Shown here piece after piece: positions 1-12,224 of a stretch of DNA of 64,000 nucleotides. The translations under genes were made by a program, and so were the position numbers. This DNA is from Octopus sinensis. Taxonomy: Eukaryota. The notes beneath the pieces were generated by a model. That model saw only the letters and a list, made by a program, of their open reading frames with translations. It did not search any database and was not told the DNA's origin. The DNA is taken from positions 11,532,001 through 11,596,000 of the forward strand of contig NC_043008.1 in the NCBI RefSeq assembly GCF_006345805.1, in the 5' to 3' direction. Position 1 is the stretch's first letter, and each line of letters opens with the position of its first letter.

Positions 1-318
1 ATAGCCTGGAGCCGGCCAAAGCCTTGTGAGTGGATATGGTAGACGGAAACTGAAAGTAACCCGTCATTAATATATATGTATATATTTATGTGTGTTTGTC
101 TTTATGTCTGTGCTTGCCTCTCCCCCATCACCACCGTTTGAAAACCGGCTTTGTTGTGTTTACGTCCTCTAAACTTAGCGGTTCGCAATGGAACCGATGG
201 AATAAGTACTGGGCTTAAAAAATAAGTCCCAGTGTCGAGTTGTTTTCACTAAACCCTTCAAGGCGGTGCCCCAGCATGGTCACAGTCAAATGACTGAACA
301 AGTAGATAAATAAAAGAA
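1..318 (+). mobile_element. SINE family A (tRNA-derived, internal microsatellite), cut by window start
   Basis: Contains GCCTTGTGAGTGGAT..GGTAGACGGAAACTGAAAG, an internal TA/TG tract and the 3' end GGCGGTGCCCCAGCATGGTCACAGTCAAATGACTGAA shared with more than 12 other copies here. Confidence 0.85.
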
Positions 319-346
319 TTTGTGTGTGTGCGTATGGTCAAATGTA

Positions 347-503
347 GACAACAACAACAACAACAACAATAATAATAATAACAATGATAATAATGATAAT
401 AATAATGATAATAATAATAATAATATATACATAATATATATTATATATATATACATTTTATATACATATATATATAATACATTTATATATATATATCTAT
501 ATA

Positions 504-561
<58 letters not shown>

Positions 562-700
562 TCATTTATATATATACATATATATCGATAGATATATACA
601 GATATATACTTGCACATACACGTGCATACGTACATACACAAACACACACACGTGTATATATATATGTGTGTGTATGTTGTGTGTGTGTGTGTGTGTGTAT
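347..700. repeat. Compound microsatellite (AAC)n-(AAT)n-(TA)n-(CA/TG)n
   Basis: Direct reading; accounts for ORF 320..727. Confidence 0.9.
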
Positions 701-1649
701 GTAAGTTCGTTCTACCATATAAAATAGTTAATCATCTGGAATTATCTGGGTAATGGGGAAAAAGTCAATGTCTTTAATGAAAATTCTTTTCAAAAGATTA
801 TCGTTCAGTAAATTACACTAAATTACACAGATATATAGATTTAAATGTATTCATGTTGTCATTATTTCCAATCTCCGTCTTTAAGAAGTTGAATTTGAGT
901 GTATCTTTGAATAATTGCCTACGTCTACCTCTGTGTGTGTTTGTGTGTGTGTGTGGATGCAAGTGTGTCTTCGTGTGCGTCTGCGTTTGTCTTGCGCTTT
1001 TGTATTTCGGAAGTCTTCTTCATGTACTAAATTTTTGAGAATCATTTTTATTTTATTTTTATATTTGTTTTGTTTATGTTTTATCGCAATCAATTTGTGA
1101 ACAATAACGTCGTTCGTTACAGACATACAGCAGACCAATTACTAGTTCATTTCATTTCTGATGGTTAAATTAAGAGCAGAAGCAGTAACTTGGTACAAAA
1201 CAATTACTGCAAAGGATTTTGTTTGAAAGAGAAGATTCTTTCTCTTTCCTTCTCTTGCCGATATGTACCGGCGATGTCTATATACGCCATTAACACACAA
1301 TCCGAATGCCAAAACATGTGTTGAATAAATTCTTCCGTTTGGATGCGCAAGGGTGTACACACAGAACCACCTAAACTCATACACACACACACAGGCACAT
1401 ACAAACAACACAAACAAACACTCACGGACGCACACAAATTCTTATCCACATACAAACACAGAGACGCACATGTGTGACTTGAGAGTATTACTGTCTGGGA
1501 GATGTCTTATGGTAGTAGAATTGTATTTAACTGTTATTACTAAATTTGGGTATGTGGTGAAGCAATTTTGCTAAACCCTAATTATAATTATGTTTATAAT
1601 TATAATAATTTATTTATATATATTCCATTATTAATAATATTGTTGGAGT

Positions 1650-1734
1650 CCCATGCTGATGAACGAAAATGGTTGGGTAAGGTATAATTCTATATTCTTT
1701 ATACCGATCTAATTCCGAAACGCGCGTACATGGG
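1650..1734 (+). ncRNA. Type I hammerhead ribozyme motif (helix III ACGCGCGT), probably in a PLE pseudo-LTR remnant
   Basis: CCCATG(1650-55)-CTGATGA(1656-62)-long helix II (GGTATAA/TTATACC inside)-GAAA(1717-20)-CGCGCG-TA(1727-28)-CATGGG(1729-34); 6-bp helix I; base of helix II imperfect. Confidence 0.72.
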
Positions 1735-1900
1735 TGACCAGATATGGATTGATTTTCGTTATTTTTCCTCTCTGCCTGCGTGGATTGTTTTCAAGTATTT
1801 TGGTTTTTCTGGGAGTCCCTTTTTAAAGTAGAAGAAATAGGTAAGGTTTTTTTACTGCTATTTCTAAACTTCGGTAAGCGGTAAAGCAAATCTTTGCTGA

Positions 1901-1951
<51 letters not shown>

Positions 1952-2060
1952 CAATAGATGAGTGTATTTTTACCTTGTTAACAATCAACACGGAAATGTG
2001 TTGAAAGTAAAAATATTTGATTACACCTGCGTTAACTCCATTTTTTTTATTCATATATAT

Positions 2061-2107
<47 letters not shown>

Positions 2108-2736
2108 TGTGTGTGTGTGTGTGTGTGTGTGTTGTGTGTGTGTGTGTGTGCATATGTGTTGTGTGTGTGTGTTTAAGAGTTTTCAGTCGTGACGCGTTTC
2201 TCACTGTAGTGTGGTTCCAATTTTAGAATATGTACCGCCGTAGCTAGTACCTCACTGTAGTGTGGTGGAATGAGAAACGCCGCGCTTTTGCTCTCGAACT
2301 TGGGAAATCACAAAATGCATGAAATTACGTCACTCTAAAATGACATTATTGTCGTAAACATGTAAGAACGTCCTTTGTTTGGTACGGAATTAAGATGATT
2401 GATTGACAATGAATAAGTTTTCTTTTGCTTTTTAAATTGTAACCTTGCACGGCATTGTAAGTTTTTATTAACCCGTATACGTACATGTGATTTTGTAAGA
2501 TAAGCATGTATTTATTCATAGACACATGTGTATATATAAACAAACATCTATATATGTATGTATATATACACGCATATATATATAGTTAAATTCACGTAAA
2601 TGTTTACTTCTCAATGTTCACGAAGCTTCGATCCTCAAACGAGAACAGTTATATTTCGGTTTTTGGTAGCACGTGTACATTAGTCGTTGTAAATGGTGTT
2701 CAAAGCTACATATAACACTAGTTAGTTTAACGTTTT

Positions 2737-3135
2737 GCAGGAGTGGCTGTGTGGTAAGTAGCTTGCTTACCGACCGCATGATTCCAGGTTCAGTCCCACT
2801 GTGTGGCACCTTGGGTAAGTGTCTTCTACTATAGCCTCGGCCCGACCGAAGCCCTGTGAGTGGATGTGGTAGACGGAAACCGAAAGAAAAAAGCCCGTCG
2901 TATGTATATATATATATATGCATGTATATATATGTGTGTCTGTGTTTGTCCCCCAACATCGCTTCACAACCAACGCTGGTGTGTTTACGTCCCCATAAAT
3001 TAGCGGTTCGGCAATGTAGATAGAATAAATACTAGGCTTAAAAAGAATATTTTCTCAGGTCGATTTGCTCTAAATGCGGTACTCCAGCATGGCCGCAGTC
3101 AAATGACTGAAACAAGTAAAAGAGTAACAGAGTAA
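2737..3135 (+). mobile_element. SINE family A, near full length
   Basis: Pol III box A-like TGGCTGTGTGG, box B-like GGTTCAGTCC, CORE-like CCTTGGGTAAGTG, internal (TA)n, 3' tail AAGTAAAAGAG. Confidence 0.9.
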
Positions 3136-3701
3136 GTGTAAAGTGTTACTGATGATAATATTTTTACAAGGTCTTTGGTTATATTTTACCGTTGTTTGTT
3201 TATTACACTTCTTGTATTTTGGGTGAGTGAACGTGTCTCCAGTTCGTTCATTCGTTCTATATGTAACTATTTACAACTTCGTATTTTTGCCAATATTCTG
3301 TTAACATGGAATGCAGTTTTAAGATTTGTTTTAGTATATTTTATAGTAGAATGGATGAATTTATTTTGGCAGTAATTACTATTTACGTTTGTGCTAGTGT
3401 AACACAAATAATGAACGAAAAGAAACATGAGGCGACACCTACAGCAGGGAAAGTGAAAACGCCGTTGAAAGCTAATTGTTACAGTTATTGTCCGTTGTTT
3501 ACAGTGGCATGAAACACGAGCCACGAAATGAACGTTTTCTTGTAATAAGCCATATATTATGTTGTCTGTATCAGACACTTGTGTTTCACTTCTGCCATAC
3601 TATTAAACTTTCATACACAAACACACGTACACAGGAATACATACACACACAAACATACACACACACACATATATATATATATATACATACATGTATATAT
3701 A

Positions 3702-3737
<36 letters not shown>

Positions 3738-3740
<3 letters not shown>

Positions 3741-3866
3741 GGTGTCCCAAAAAATGTATACACACCTTAAATAATTGTAAATTTGTTATTCTTTGTAAGC
3801 CTAGTACCTATTCTATCGTTCTGTTTTGCCGAACCACTATGTGTATACATTTTTTGGGACACCTTG
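3738..3866. mobile_element. Tc1/mariner-type MITE with internal SINE-A fragment
   Basis: 27-bp TIRs (G/C)AAGGTGTCCCAAAAAATGTATACACA at 3738-3764 and 3840-3866, TA on both flanks; 3786-3838 matches SINE-A. Confidence 0.7.
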
Positions 3867-3988
3867 TATATATATACATGCATATATGTGTGTGCATCTA
3901 TATGAATACATATGTATATGTATTCACACACGCATAAACAGCAAACACACATATGTATATAAATATATAAATACGTACACACACATAC

Positions 3989-4044
<56 letters not shown>

Positions 4045-4135
4045 ATATATATATATATATATTGGCTTCGTCAGTTTCTTGCTTATGTGATTTTCGCTAG
4101 TGCTCGTGCAGAGACCACAGTGTCGTAGAGATGCC

Positions 4136-4352
4136 TGGCGAGCTGGCAGAAATGTTAGCACGCCAGGCGAAATGCTTAGTGGTATTTCGTCGTCCCTACG
4201 TTATGAGTTCAAATCCTGCCGAGGTTGACTTAGCCTTTCATCCTTTCGGGATTGATTAAATAAGTACCAGTTACACACTGGAGTTGATGTAATCAGCTTC
4301 ATCCCTTTGTCTGTCCTTGATTGTCCTCTCTATGTTTAGCAACTTGTGGGCA
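4136..4352 (+). mobile_element. SINE family B
   Basis: GGCGAGCTGGCAGAA head, box B GAGTTCAAATCC, central GCCTTTCATCCTTTCGGG..GAT..AAATAAGTACCAG. Confidence 0.85.
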
Positions 4353-4670
4353 CCTAAATATTTCTGTAAAAGATTAGCATCAAGAGGATTCTTTACTGTT
4401 TGTGCTATATTTCTGTCTCCCTGTGCTACTAACGGAGGGCCTGGGAGCGCCAGTACAAACAGCAGAGTCATTATGAGAGTTAACTGAGTCAGTCCACTTA
4501 CTATTAATATTTCCTTGACGAAGGACCCATTAGCTTCTACAGCTTGTCTTCAGTCTTTTAAGATGTCATGTAAGAACTTCCCCCACTTTGCCAAGTCTGC
4601 TGAGTTATTTATCTTCTTGTAATCATGCTTTTGCAAAATCGAAATATATTACCGTTTACCTTCGAGTGAT
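4353..4670 (-). pseudogene. CR1-clade LINE reverse transcriptase fossil
   Basis: Minus-strand translation VIYFDFAKA* ... KWGKFLHDILKD*RQAVEANGS..IVSGLTQ..LLFVL..NPLDANLLQKYL follows CR1 RT motifs (YxDFAKAFD; RxQxVxxNG; SGVPQG..PLLF; LQxDL); stops and frameshifts. Confidence 0.7.
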
Positions 4671-4823
4671 TCATAATTCGTCTTAACACTTAGTCATAAC
4701 GCTACAGAAGCTAGGTGAGACAGCGTCTTCCTGATCGGAAGCCATTATCTTCAAGGACCTATATACATATATATGTGTGTGTGTATACGTGTATATATAT
4801 ATGTGTGTGTGTGTGAGTGTGTA

Positions 4824-4868
<45 letters not shown>

Positions 4869-5119
4869 AAAAATGGCGGTGCTACTTATAATTCTAGCTG
4901 TAATAGGAAACGATTGTTCAAGGCCCCACGATACCGTTCTGAATATATAACATTGTGGTTGTGAAGCAAACTTATTAACTGTCAACCAGGACAGCGCTTA
5001 TACATATATGTACACAAACACACACACGCACACACATACAACACACACACACACACACATATATACAGAAGCAGACACACGTGTATATATATATCAGTAT
5101 ATATTTGCATATATATACA

Positions 5120-5159
<40 letters not shown>

Positions 5160-6639
5160 GAAATTAATGAAGACCAAGAGGACGGAAATTTGCAGATCCA
5201 TATTTTATTAAACAGTTGTTAAGCGAAGAACGATGTAAATAAATGTCTAATAAGATATGAATGGTCAAGTCTCCGTTCTCCTGATCTTCATTAATTTTAT
5301 TATCGTCTCTACGGAAAGTATGCAATCTCGACAATGACATTCGGATTAACCAAGGGACGATAATGACCAGGTCTAGTGAGTTTTCACAAACTTGAGTATC
5401 TCAAACATTGGCTGTGGGCAGCGGGCATTGAAAACCAATCTAAGACTTAACACAGTAACCGCCAAGATTAACCCTTTCAAACCATTTTGGCAAATTATAT
5501 ATATATATATATATATATAATTTCAAACATATAAGGGATGGCCATAATAGGACATCTGACTCACTAGAAAGAGCAGTTAAACTCCAAACCACTAATAGTT
5601 GTAATTCTGAAATGGAAAGAGAAATAAAAACGTTTACCCTCTCCTTTCTGAACTATGCATAGTTTCGGCAATCTTTAGTAAATAAAATAAATTTATTTAT
5701 AACTGGCGTGCCTCTTCAGCAGAAAGCCAAGGACTACCATATAGTCACGAAGCGATAATAACCAGATAAATATATATATATATATATACACGCACATATA
5801 CCTGTCTATATCTCTTTCTGTCTATCTATATACATATGTGTGTATATGAATGTATAATACATATATCTGAGTATATACAACATATGTACACGTACACACA
5901 CACACACACGCATACACACATAAACATACGCGCGCGTACATATATACGTAGATATACTCTTGTTCTGAATTTTGCTTCACTAGCAAGCTATTTAAATTTC
6001 GTTCCCACTGCAATTTACTTTTGGTATGAATTTTCTACCAGAAATATTCTTTGATTAACGCTCAGTGAATAGAATTTGTTGGATGGAAACATCGCAAAAA
6101 TCCCTTGCGTATGCATTGTAATCGTGTACCTGTGTATATATACCTGTCACCAGTGCTTTTGATCAATGATGTAAATATTTGCAAGACAAATGAAGAACAG
6201 AAATTGTCTAACTTCAAACAATGTGTGTGTTATATTTTTATTGCATCGGAAAACTGTCAGTACAGTCTCGCTATCATTGCCTGAAATAGTTCGAAATTGC
6301 TGCTTCGTCAGTTGGAAATCTCTAACAGTCGACGTTGTTGTCCACCATGTACAATATAAAAAGAAATTTAAACAAGCATACATGATAGATGTCTACTCGT
6401 GATCGAGTAAGACCCTTTTCTAAATGAAACATGTATGTGCAAAAGATCAGGGAGTCAAAGAATTCCATGTTGTGAGTGGGTAAAAGTTTGTACAGCACTG
6501 ATCCCACTTTCCATATGAAACCACAACAAAATGCCACAATATGGTTTAGACGACCAGAAACCATTTCTTTTTTATAAGAGATTGCCTTCTCTTGGAAATA
6601 TATTTTCTTTCCTATTCTAGGCAGAAGGCCCTAATTTTC

Positions 6640-6812
6640 TTTTGCGGGGAAGAGTCGATTAGATCGACTCCAGTACACAAATGGTACTTATTTATCGACC
6701 CCGAAAGGATGAAAGGCAAAGTCGACCTCGGTGGAATTTGAACTCAGAAGGTAAAGACAGACGAAGTACTGCTAAGCATTTTGCCCGTTTCTGCCAGCTC
6801 GCCGCCTTTCTC
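6640..6812 (-). mobile_element. SINE family B (short-tail subfamily)
   Basis: Reverse complement of B head and central domain (CGACCCCGAAAGGATGAAAGGCAAAGTCGACCTCGG). Confidence 0.85.
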
Positions 6813-6984
6813 CTGGAAATATCTACGAAGACTAGCGGTCCCTAACTTCCAGTAGTTCACATACTATTAAACCGATAGCTGTAACCCTCATAGCTGCTCC
6901 TATTCCGGACGAGAGTAAGTCTTGGAACGATAATGACTGGAAGTTGGTTCCACACTCTGCAAGACGTCTGATATTATTTGTAAT

Positions 6985-7330
6985 AATCTGCCTTGCCGAA
7001 CCACTATGTCATAAGGACGTAAACAAACCAAAATCGATTATAAAACGGTGGTAGGGGACAAATGCAATTACAAACATACACAGGCACGCACACATACGCA
7101 AACACACACATACGCACTCACACACACACACGCACGCACACATACACACACACGCACGCACACATACAAACACATACATACGATGGGTTACTTTACGTGT
7201 CAGCCTACGAAATCTACGCATAAAACTTGGGTCGGCCCGGGGCTAATAAAGTAAAAGACACTTGCCAAAGTGCCGTGCGGTGGGCTGGAACACGAGACCA
7301 ATTGGTTTGAAAGCAAATATCTTATCTCAT
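6985..7330 (-). mobile_element. SINE family A, old diverged copy
   Basis: TTGCCGAACCACTA..GGACGTAAAC, internal CA tract, GGTCGGCCCGGGGCTA..AAGACACTTGCC. Confidence 0.6.
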
Positions 7331-8100
7331 TCCACACATATAATCTAATTTTCCTCATAGCAACTAAGGCTAGAATTGGTGACACAGAAAATCTAACGAC
7401 GCAGACACACGCGCACTGACAGGCACACATGGCCACGCACACATATACATACACGCATACGTATTCTCATAAATTTAAACGTCCAACGTTCAAACGAGAT
7501 CACAAAACGATATACAGACAGACAGAATTGTTTAGCAATTAACAATTGTGTCTCTCCAATGCGTTCGTTTAAACATGTTTGTATGTGTAATTTACTGCAG
7601 GCCAAAAGCAACATGATAATGTTTTGTCTGCGTTCTCTTGTAAATGATATAGAAATTCATTACTGAGTTTAATGAGTGTCAAGATAAACACAAGACCAAA
7701 AGCGATAGACATTAAAATCTTCATTAAAATGCAAAACAAAAAAAAAGCAACTGCAAAAAAGACAAAAAAAAAAACGACCAACATAAATTTTGCGTAATGA
7801 AGATTTTACCGACATTCATATCAATCTTGTATTTCGCTTGAAACCACGAAACGAAAATTCTTTACAAAATACAGCTTTTAAGCACAGAAAAAGACACACG
7901 TATACACAAATATCAACATACATACGCACTCAAACAAACACTATTATGTGAGTATTAACATAGGCACACACATTTCGACATGTGTATATTCTTTTATTCT
8001 TATATTTGGTTCAGTCACATGACTGTGGCCATGCTGGAGCACCACATTTATATATATATATATATATAATATAATATATATATATATATTATATTTATAT

Positions 8101-8366
8101 ATACTCTTTTACTCTTTTACTTGTTTCAGTCATTTGACTGCGGCCATGCTGGAGCACCGACTTATTCTTTTTGAACCCCTTTTTGACACACACATATATA
8201 TATACGACAGGCTTCTTTCAGTTTCCGTCTACCAAATCCACTCACAAGGCATTGGTCGGCCCGAGGTTATAGCAGAAGAAACTCGCCGAAGATGCCACGC
8301 AGTGGGACTGAACCGGAACCATGTGGTTGGTTCGCCAAGCTATTATACCACACAGCCACTACTGCG

Positions 8367-8368
<2 letters not shown>
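8101..8368 (-). mobile_element. SINE family A with internal deletion
   Basis: 3' tail and 5' head present; most of the right half deleted. Confidence 0.8.
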
Positions 8369-8410
<42 letters not shown>

Positions 8411-8514
8411 CGCAGTAGTGGCCGTATATATATATATATAGAATTTTGTATGGTGTTATCCATATAAATCCATGGGTTATTATTATCAAAATAAGCAACA
8501 AGAATATATTCGGT

Positions 8515-8605
8515 AATTTGGTACGATCGTTTCACGCTACATCATATTATTAAACATTGTAAGTATTACAACAGTTTTAAAATGTTGAGCAATCATCAGT
8601 TATTT
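8515..8605 (-). ncRNA. Degenerate hammerhead motif (helix III ACGATCGT family)
   Basis: Minus strand CTGATGA...GAAACGATCGTA, but helix I does not pair. Confidence 0.3.
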
Positions 8606-8728
8606 ATAGATGCCTTCCATCAATACATATACTTATTTTCATGTAAATTGATAACATTATAAAGAGGGTAGATATATAGACAGAGATGTTGACTTGGAAG
8701 TTAAGAACATTGAAGTATTAGAATCCAA

Positions 8729-8762
<34 letters not shown>

Positions 8763-8867
8763 GTATACACATCTACAATACTCACTATATAAACACGCAG
8801 GTACACACACATCCACACATATCTATGTCTATTTATGCAAATAAATGCATACATGTGTGGTTGTGTA

Positions 8868-9245
8868 TACTCTTTTACTTGTTTCAGTCATTTGATTGCG
8901 GCTATGCTGGAGCACCACCTTTTTTTTAATCGAGCAACTCGTCCCCGGAACTTATTCTTTGTAAGCCCAGTACTTATTCTATCGGTCTCTTTTGCCGAAC
9001 CGCTAAGTGACGGGGACATAAACACACCAGCATCGGTTGTCAAGCAATGCTAGAGGGACAGACACACACGCACATATTATACATATATACGACGGGCTTC
9101 TTTCAGTTTCCGTCTACCAAATACACTTACAAGGCTTTGGTCGGCCCGAGGCTATAGTAGAATACATTTGGCCAAGGTGCCACGCAGTGGAACTGAACTC
9201 GGAACCATGTGGTTGGTAAGCAAGCTACTTACCACACAGCCACTC

Positions 9246-9248
<3 letters not shown>
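8868..9248 (-). mobile_element. SINE family A, full length
   Basis: Reverse complement of the 2737 copy. Confidence 0.9.
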
Positions 9249-9310
<62 letters not shown>

Positions 9311-9313
<3 letters not shown>

Positions 9314-9552
9314 GCGAGAAAGAAGCAACAAGAATGGATAGGTTTTAGTACAATCGTTTCATACAAGGACAGGCTTTATTAAAAGTTGCAAAAATTACAG
9401 CATATAAACGTGTCCCGTTTGCTTCTTTCTCGCTTATAATCACCCCACATTACTGTATTGTTAAAACAGTATAGTTTTTTTTGGTGCATCGAAGTTAGGT
9501 ACCATATTCAAGTAAATTCATTTAAATTAACTTGAATCTTTATTGCTTTTTG
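9311..9552. mobile_element. Truncated fold-back remnant of the PLE-like family at 38261-38884
   Basis: Starts CGCGAGAAAGAAGCAACAAGAATGGATAGG like 38261 and ends ...AACTTGAATCTTTATTGCT-(TA)n like 38860. Confidence 0.75.
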
Positions 9553-9584
<32 letters not shown>

Positions 9585-9688
9585 ATATAGATATATATAT
9601 ATATGTACGTCTATTCTTCTGTGTATGTGCATATGCATATATATATAAAACCTAATCTACCCTTCTATCTACATACATACCTATCTAT

Positions 9689-9757
<69 letters not shown>

Positions 9758-9799
9758 AGCCTGTCTGACTGTCTATCTGCCGGTCATCTTATGAATTTT

Positions 9800-11650
9800 A
9801 GAAATACTCACGCCTTGTAGATGGCCTGCCATGCAAAGCATGTCGCTTATTTAATATCCTGGAACTGAAGCTAAAACTTGTCCTGATCCACAGAAAATGC
9901 TTTACACGCGATGATTTCTATATACTCAACTGTCAGCTTAAAATGGTAAATGAAAATATTTATATTGTCAGATTTGAAGTTGTGAACATATATAGCGAAA
10001 TTCCTAATATTTGTGAAAACGAAGCATTAGAATATCGGTTAGATTAATTTTCTTTTCCAATACCAGAAAGCATAGATAGAAATTTTATTGCAGATAACCT
10101 CTATTTCACAAAATAACAATTTCTTATAGGGTGCAACAGGATATTGACAAAAGTGAGGAGTGGTCCGTAGGTGAGAAATTTACTCCAGCACATACCAACG
10201 TTGACAAGGCATGCTATGAACCGAAAATCTATGAAAAGTCCCCCGGAAGATTTGAAAATTGAGCCGTCTTTTGATGGAGAGCTGGAAACCTCTTGACAAT
10301 TTCTTTGCTGTAAGAATGTGGCACATTCGATTAAAGAATTCGAAAATATTGTAAAGACCGCGCATACATTTTTAACCCACTGATTCATGGAAATGTGGAG
10401 TTGCAATGGCCCAGTGGTTAGGGGAGCGGACTCGCGATCGTAGGACTGCGGTTTCGATTCCCAGAACGGGCGTTGTGAGTGTTTATTGAGCGAAAACACC
10501 TAAAGCTCCACGAGGCTTGGGCAGGGAGTGGTGGCGGTCCCTGCTGTACTCTTTCGCCGTAACTTTCTCTCACTCTATCTTCTGTTTGCCTGCTCGGTTA
10601 GCCAGCGGGGTGGCGTCATTAAAGGTTAAAAAAAAAACAATGCGAAGCGCATTGTGACCAGCGATGTGGAGCAACATCTGATGGCTTGGTCGGTCACGTG
10701 ATCACATGATTCATGGAAATATTTTTTTAGATTCTGTCACTCGAAAGTCACACAAAGCTACATTACATTTAACTTAGCAAAACGAATCTTTACTTGTGAC
10801 AAAGTGTGAAGTAGGAGATTGAAGACCAGAGAAAACGAAAACAAAAATGGCTACCATTAGATAATGCCCCATAAAGCTGACGGAATTTGGGATCCAGAAC
10901 GACCATATATGTATATACTATTACGCACAAATAAAGTCAGTTTTTCAATGTGCATTCTTTGTGAGAAAAATCAAGAACTATTTAAAATTGCCATACGATA
11001 TTGTTTTATTCTTTTATATGTTTCAGCATTGAGGCTGTGGCCATTCTGGAGTACCGTTAGTAATGGAATATAAATTTATTAGAAAAAGATTGTGGCCAGC
11101 GATATTTCGAAAATATATCATGGCGGATAATTTAAATTAGTCACACATATCCGGTTGATCTTAGGCACGGAAATTTAATCCTGTCACATGTAGAATTTTA
11201 TGTAGAAAATCTACATCTAACTTTCGGCGTCATCAGACATCAGAGTGGCCAGTAAGAATGTTTGAAAACTTCTAGTACAATCCGGCGTCGCTAAATTTTA
11301 AGCACTGCTGGAGACCTCCAAGATAAGAGCAAGGTTCATGGAAAGTGTAATACCGTATCCCGACATAAATATAAATATATACGTAAACGCATTCAACTGT
11401 CAGAAGCAAATTCCAGCTGTTGTATTCTGAAACGTCTAATCATTATATTAGTGACAGGCTTGCATATTTTGTAGATGAAATTATAATATGTTATTATAAA
11501 AATGAAGTAGATCAATGAATCAGAAACAAAAAAATTGCACTCTCATAATCACCAACCTATCGACGGTTGAATACTTGTTTTGTATACGTAATTATATATG
11601 CGCGTTTTCCCCAAGATGCATCGATTTATGAACGAGGAAACGTATATAGA
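9800..11650 (+). pseudogene. Penelope-like element fossil (RT and probable GIY-YIG), interrupted by SINEs
   Basis: DDFYILN..VNENIYIVRFEVVNIYSEIP..EALEYRLD (~SFDVVNLYTNIP..EAIxYWLD); GEKFTPAHTN (~GTKFAPxYAN); SWKPLDNFF (~WKRxLDDCF); ITFNLAKRIFT (~IPFNLARRICT); many stops. Confidence 0.7.
10395..10706 (+). mobile_element. SINE family C variant with alternative 3' tail
   Basis: Box A TGGCCCAGTGG, box B GGTTTCGATTCC; 14-bp TSD TGATTCATGGAAAT at 10381-10394 and 10707-10720. Confidence 0.9.
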
Positions 11651-11788
11651 TTTATGCATTCTCATTTAATATACATAACATCCATGCCTCATTCACTTAA
11701 GCTATGTCAACATATTTTTATCAATGTTACTTTGAAGATCTAATCCTCTATATTTCATCGATTCTAAACCCTGCATACTAACACACAC

Positions 11789-11866
<78 letters not shown>

Positions 11867-12027
11867 TATATATACATTACATATATATTATATGTATATA
11901 TATATGAATATATACATACATACATACATATATTACGTATGTATATGTTATATATATATATACATATGTGTATATGTATATATCTATATCTATCTATATT
12001 CTCTCTATCTCTCTATATTTTTATATT

Positions 12028-12072
<45 letters not shown>

Positions 12073-12090
12073 ATATATTATATATATTTA

Positions 12091-12122
<32 letters not shown>

Positions 12123-12137
12123 GTATACACACACACA

Positions 12138-12224
<87 letters not shown>

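Noticed and set aside
2181-2285. GAAACGCGTC motif with 10-bp inverted and 16-bp direct repeats
   Set aside because: No CUGAnGA in register; at most a scrambled fragment
6845-6920. Possible small exon (CAG|...|GTAAGT)
   Set aside because: Only 62 nt, no recognisable peptide, no neighbouring exons; chance splice-like motifs are expected
11205-11245. Minus-strand CTGATGA-CGCC-GAAA
   Set aside because: No helix II, III or I pairing; lies inside a PLE coding fossil
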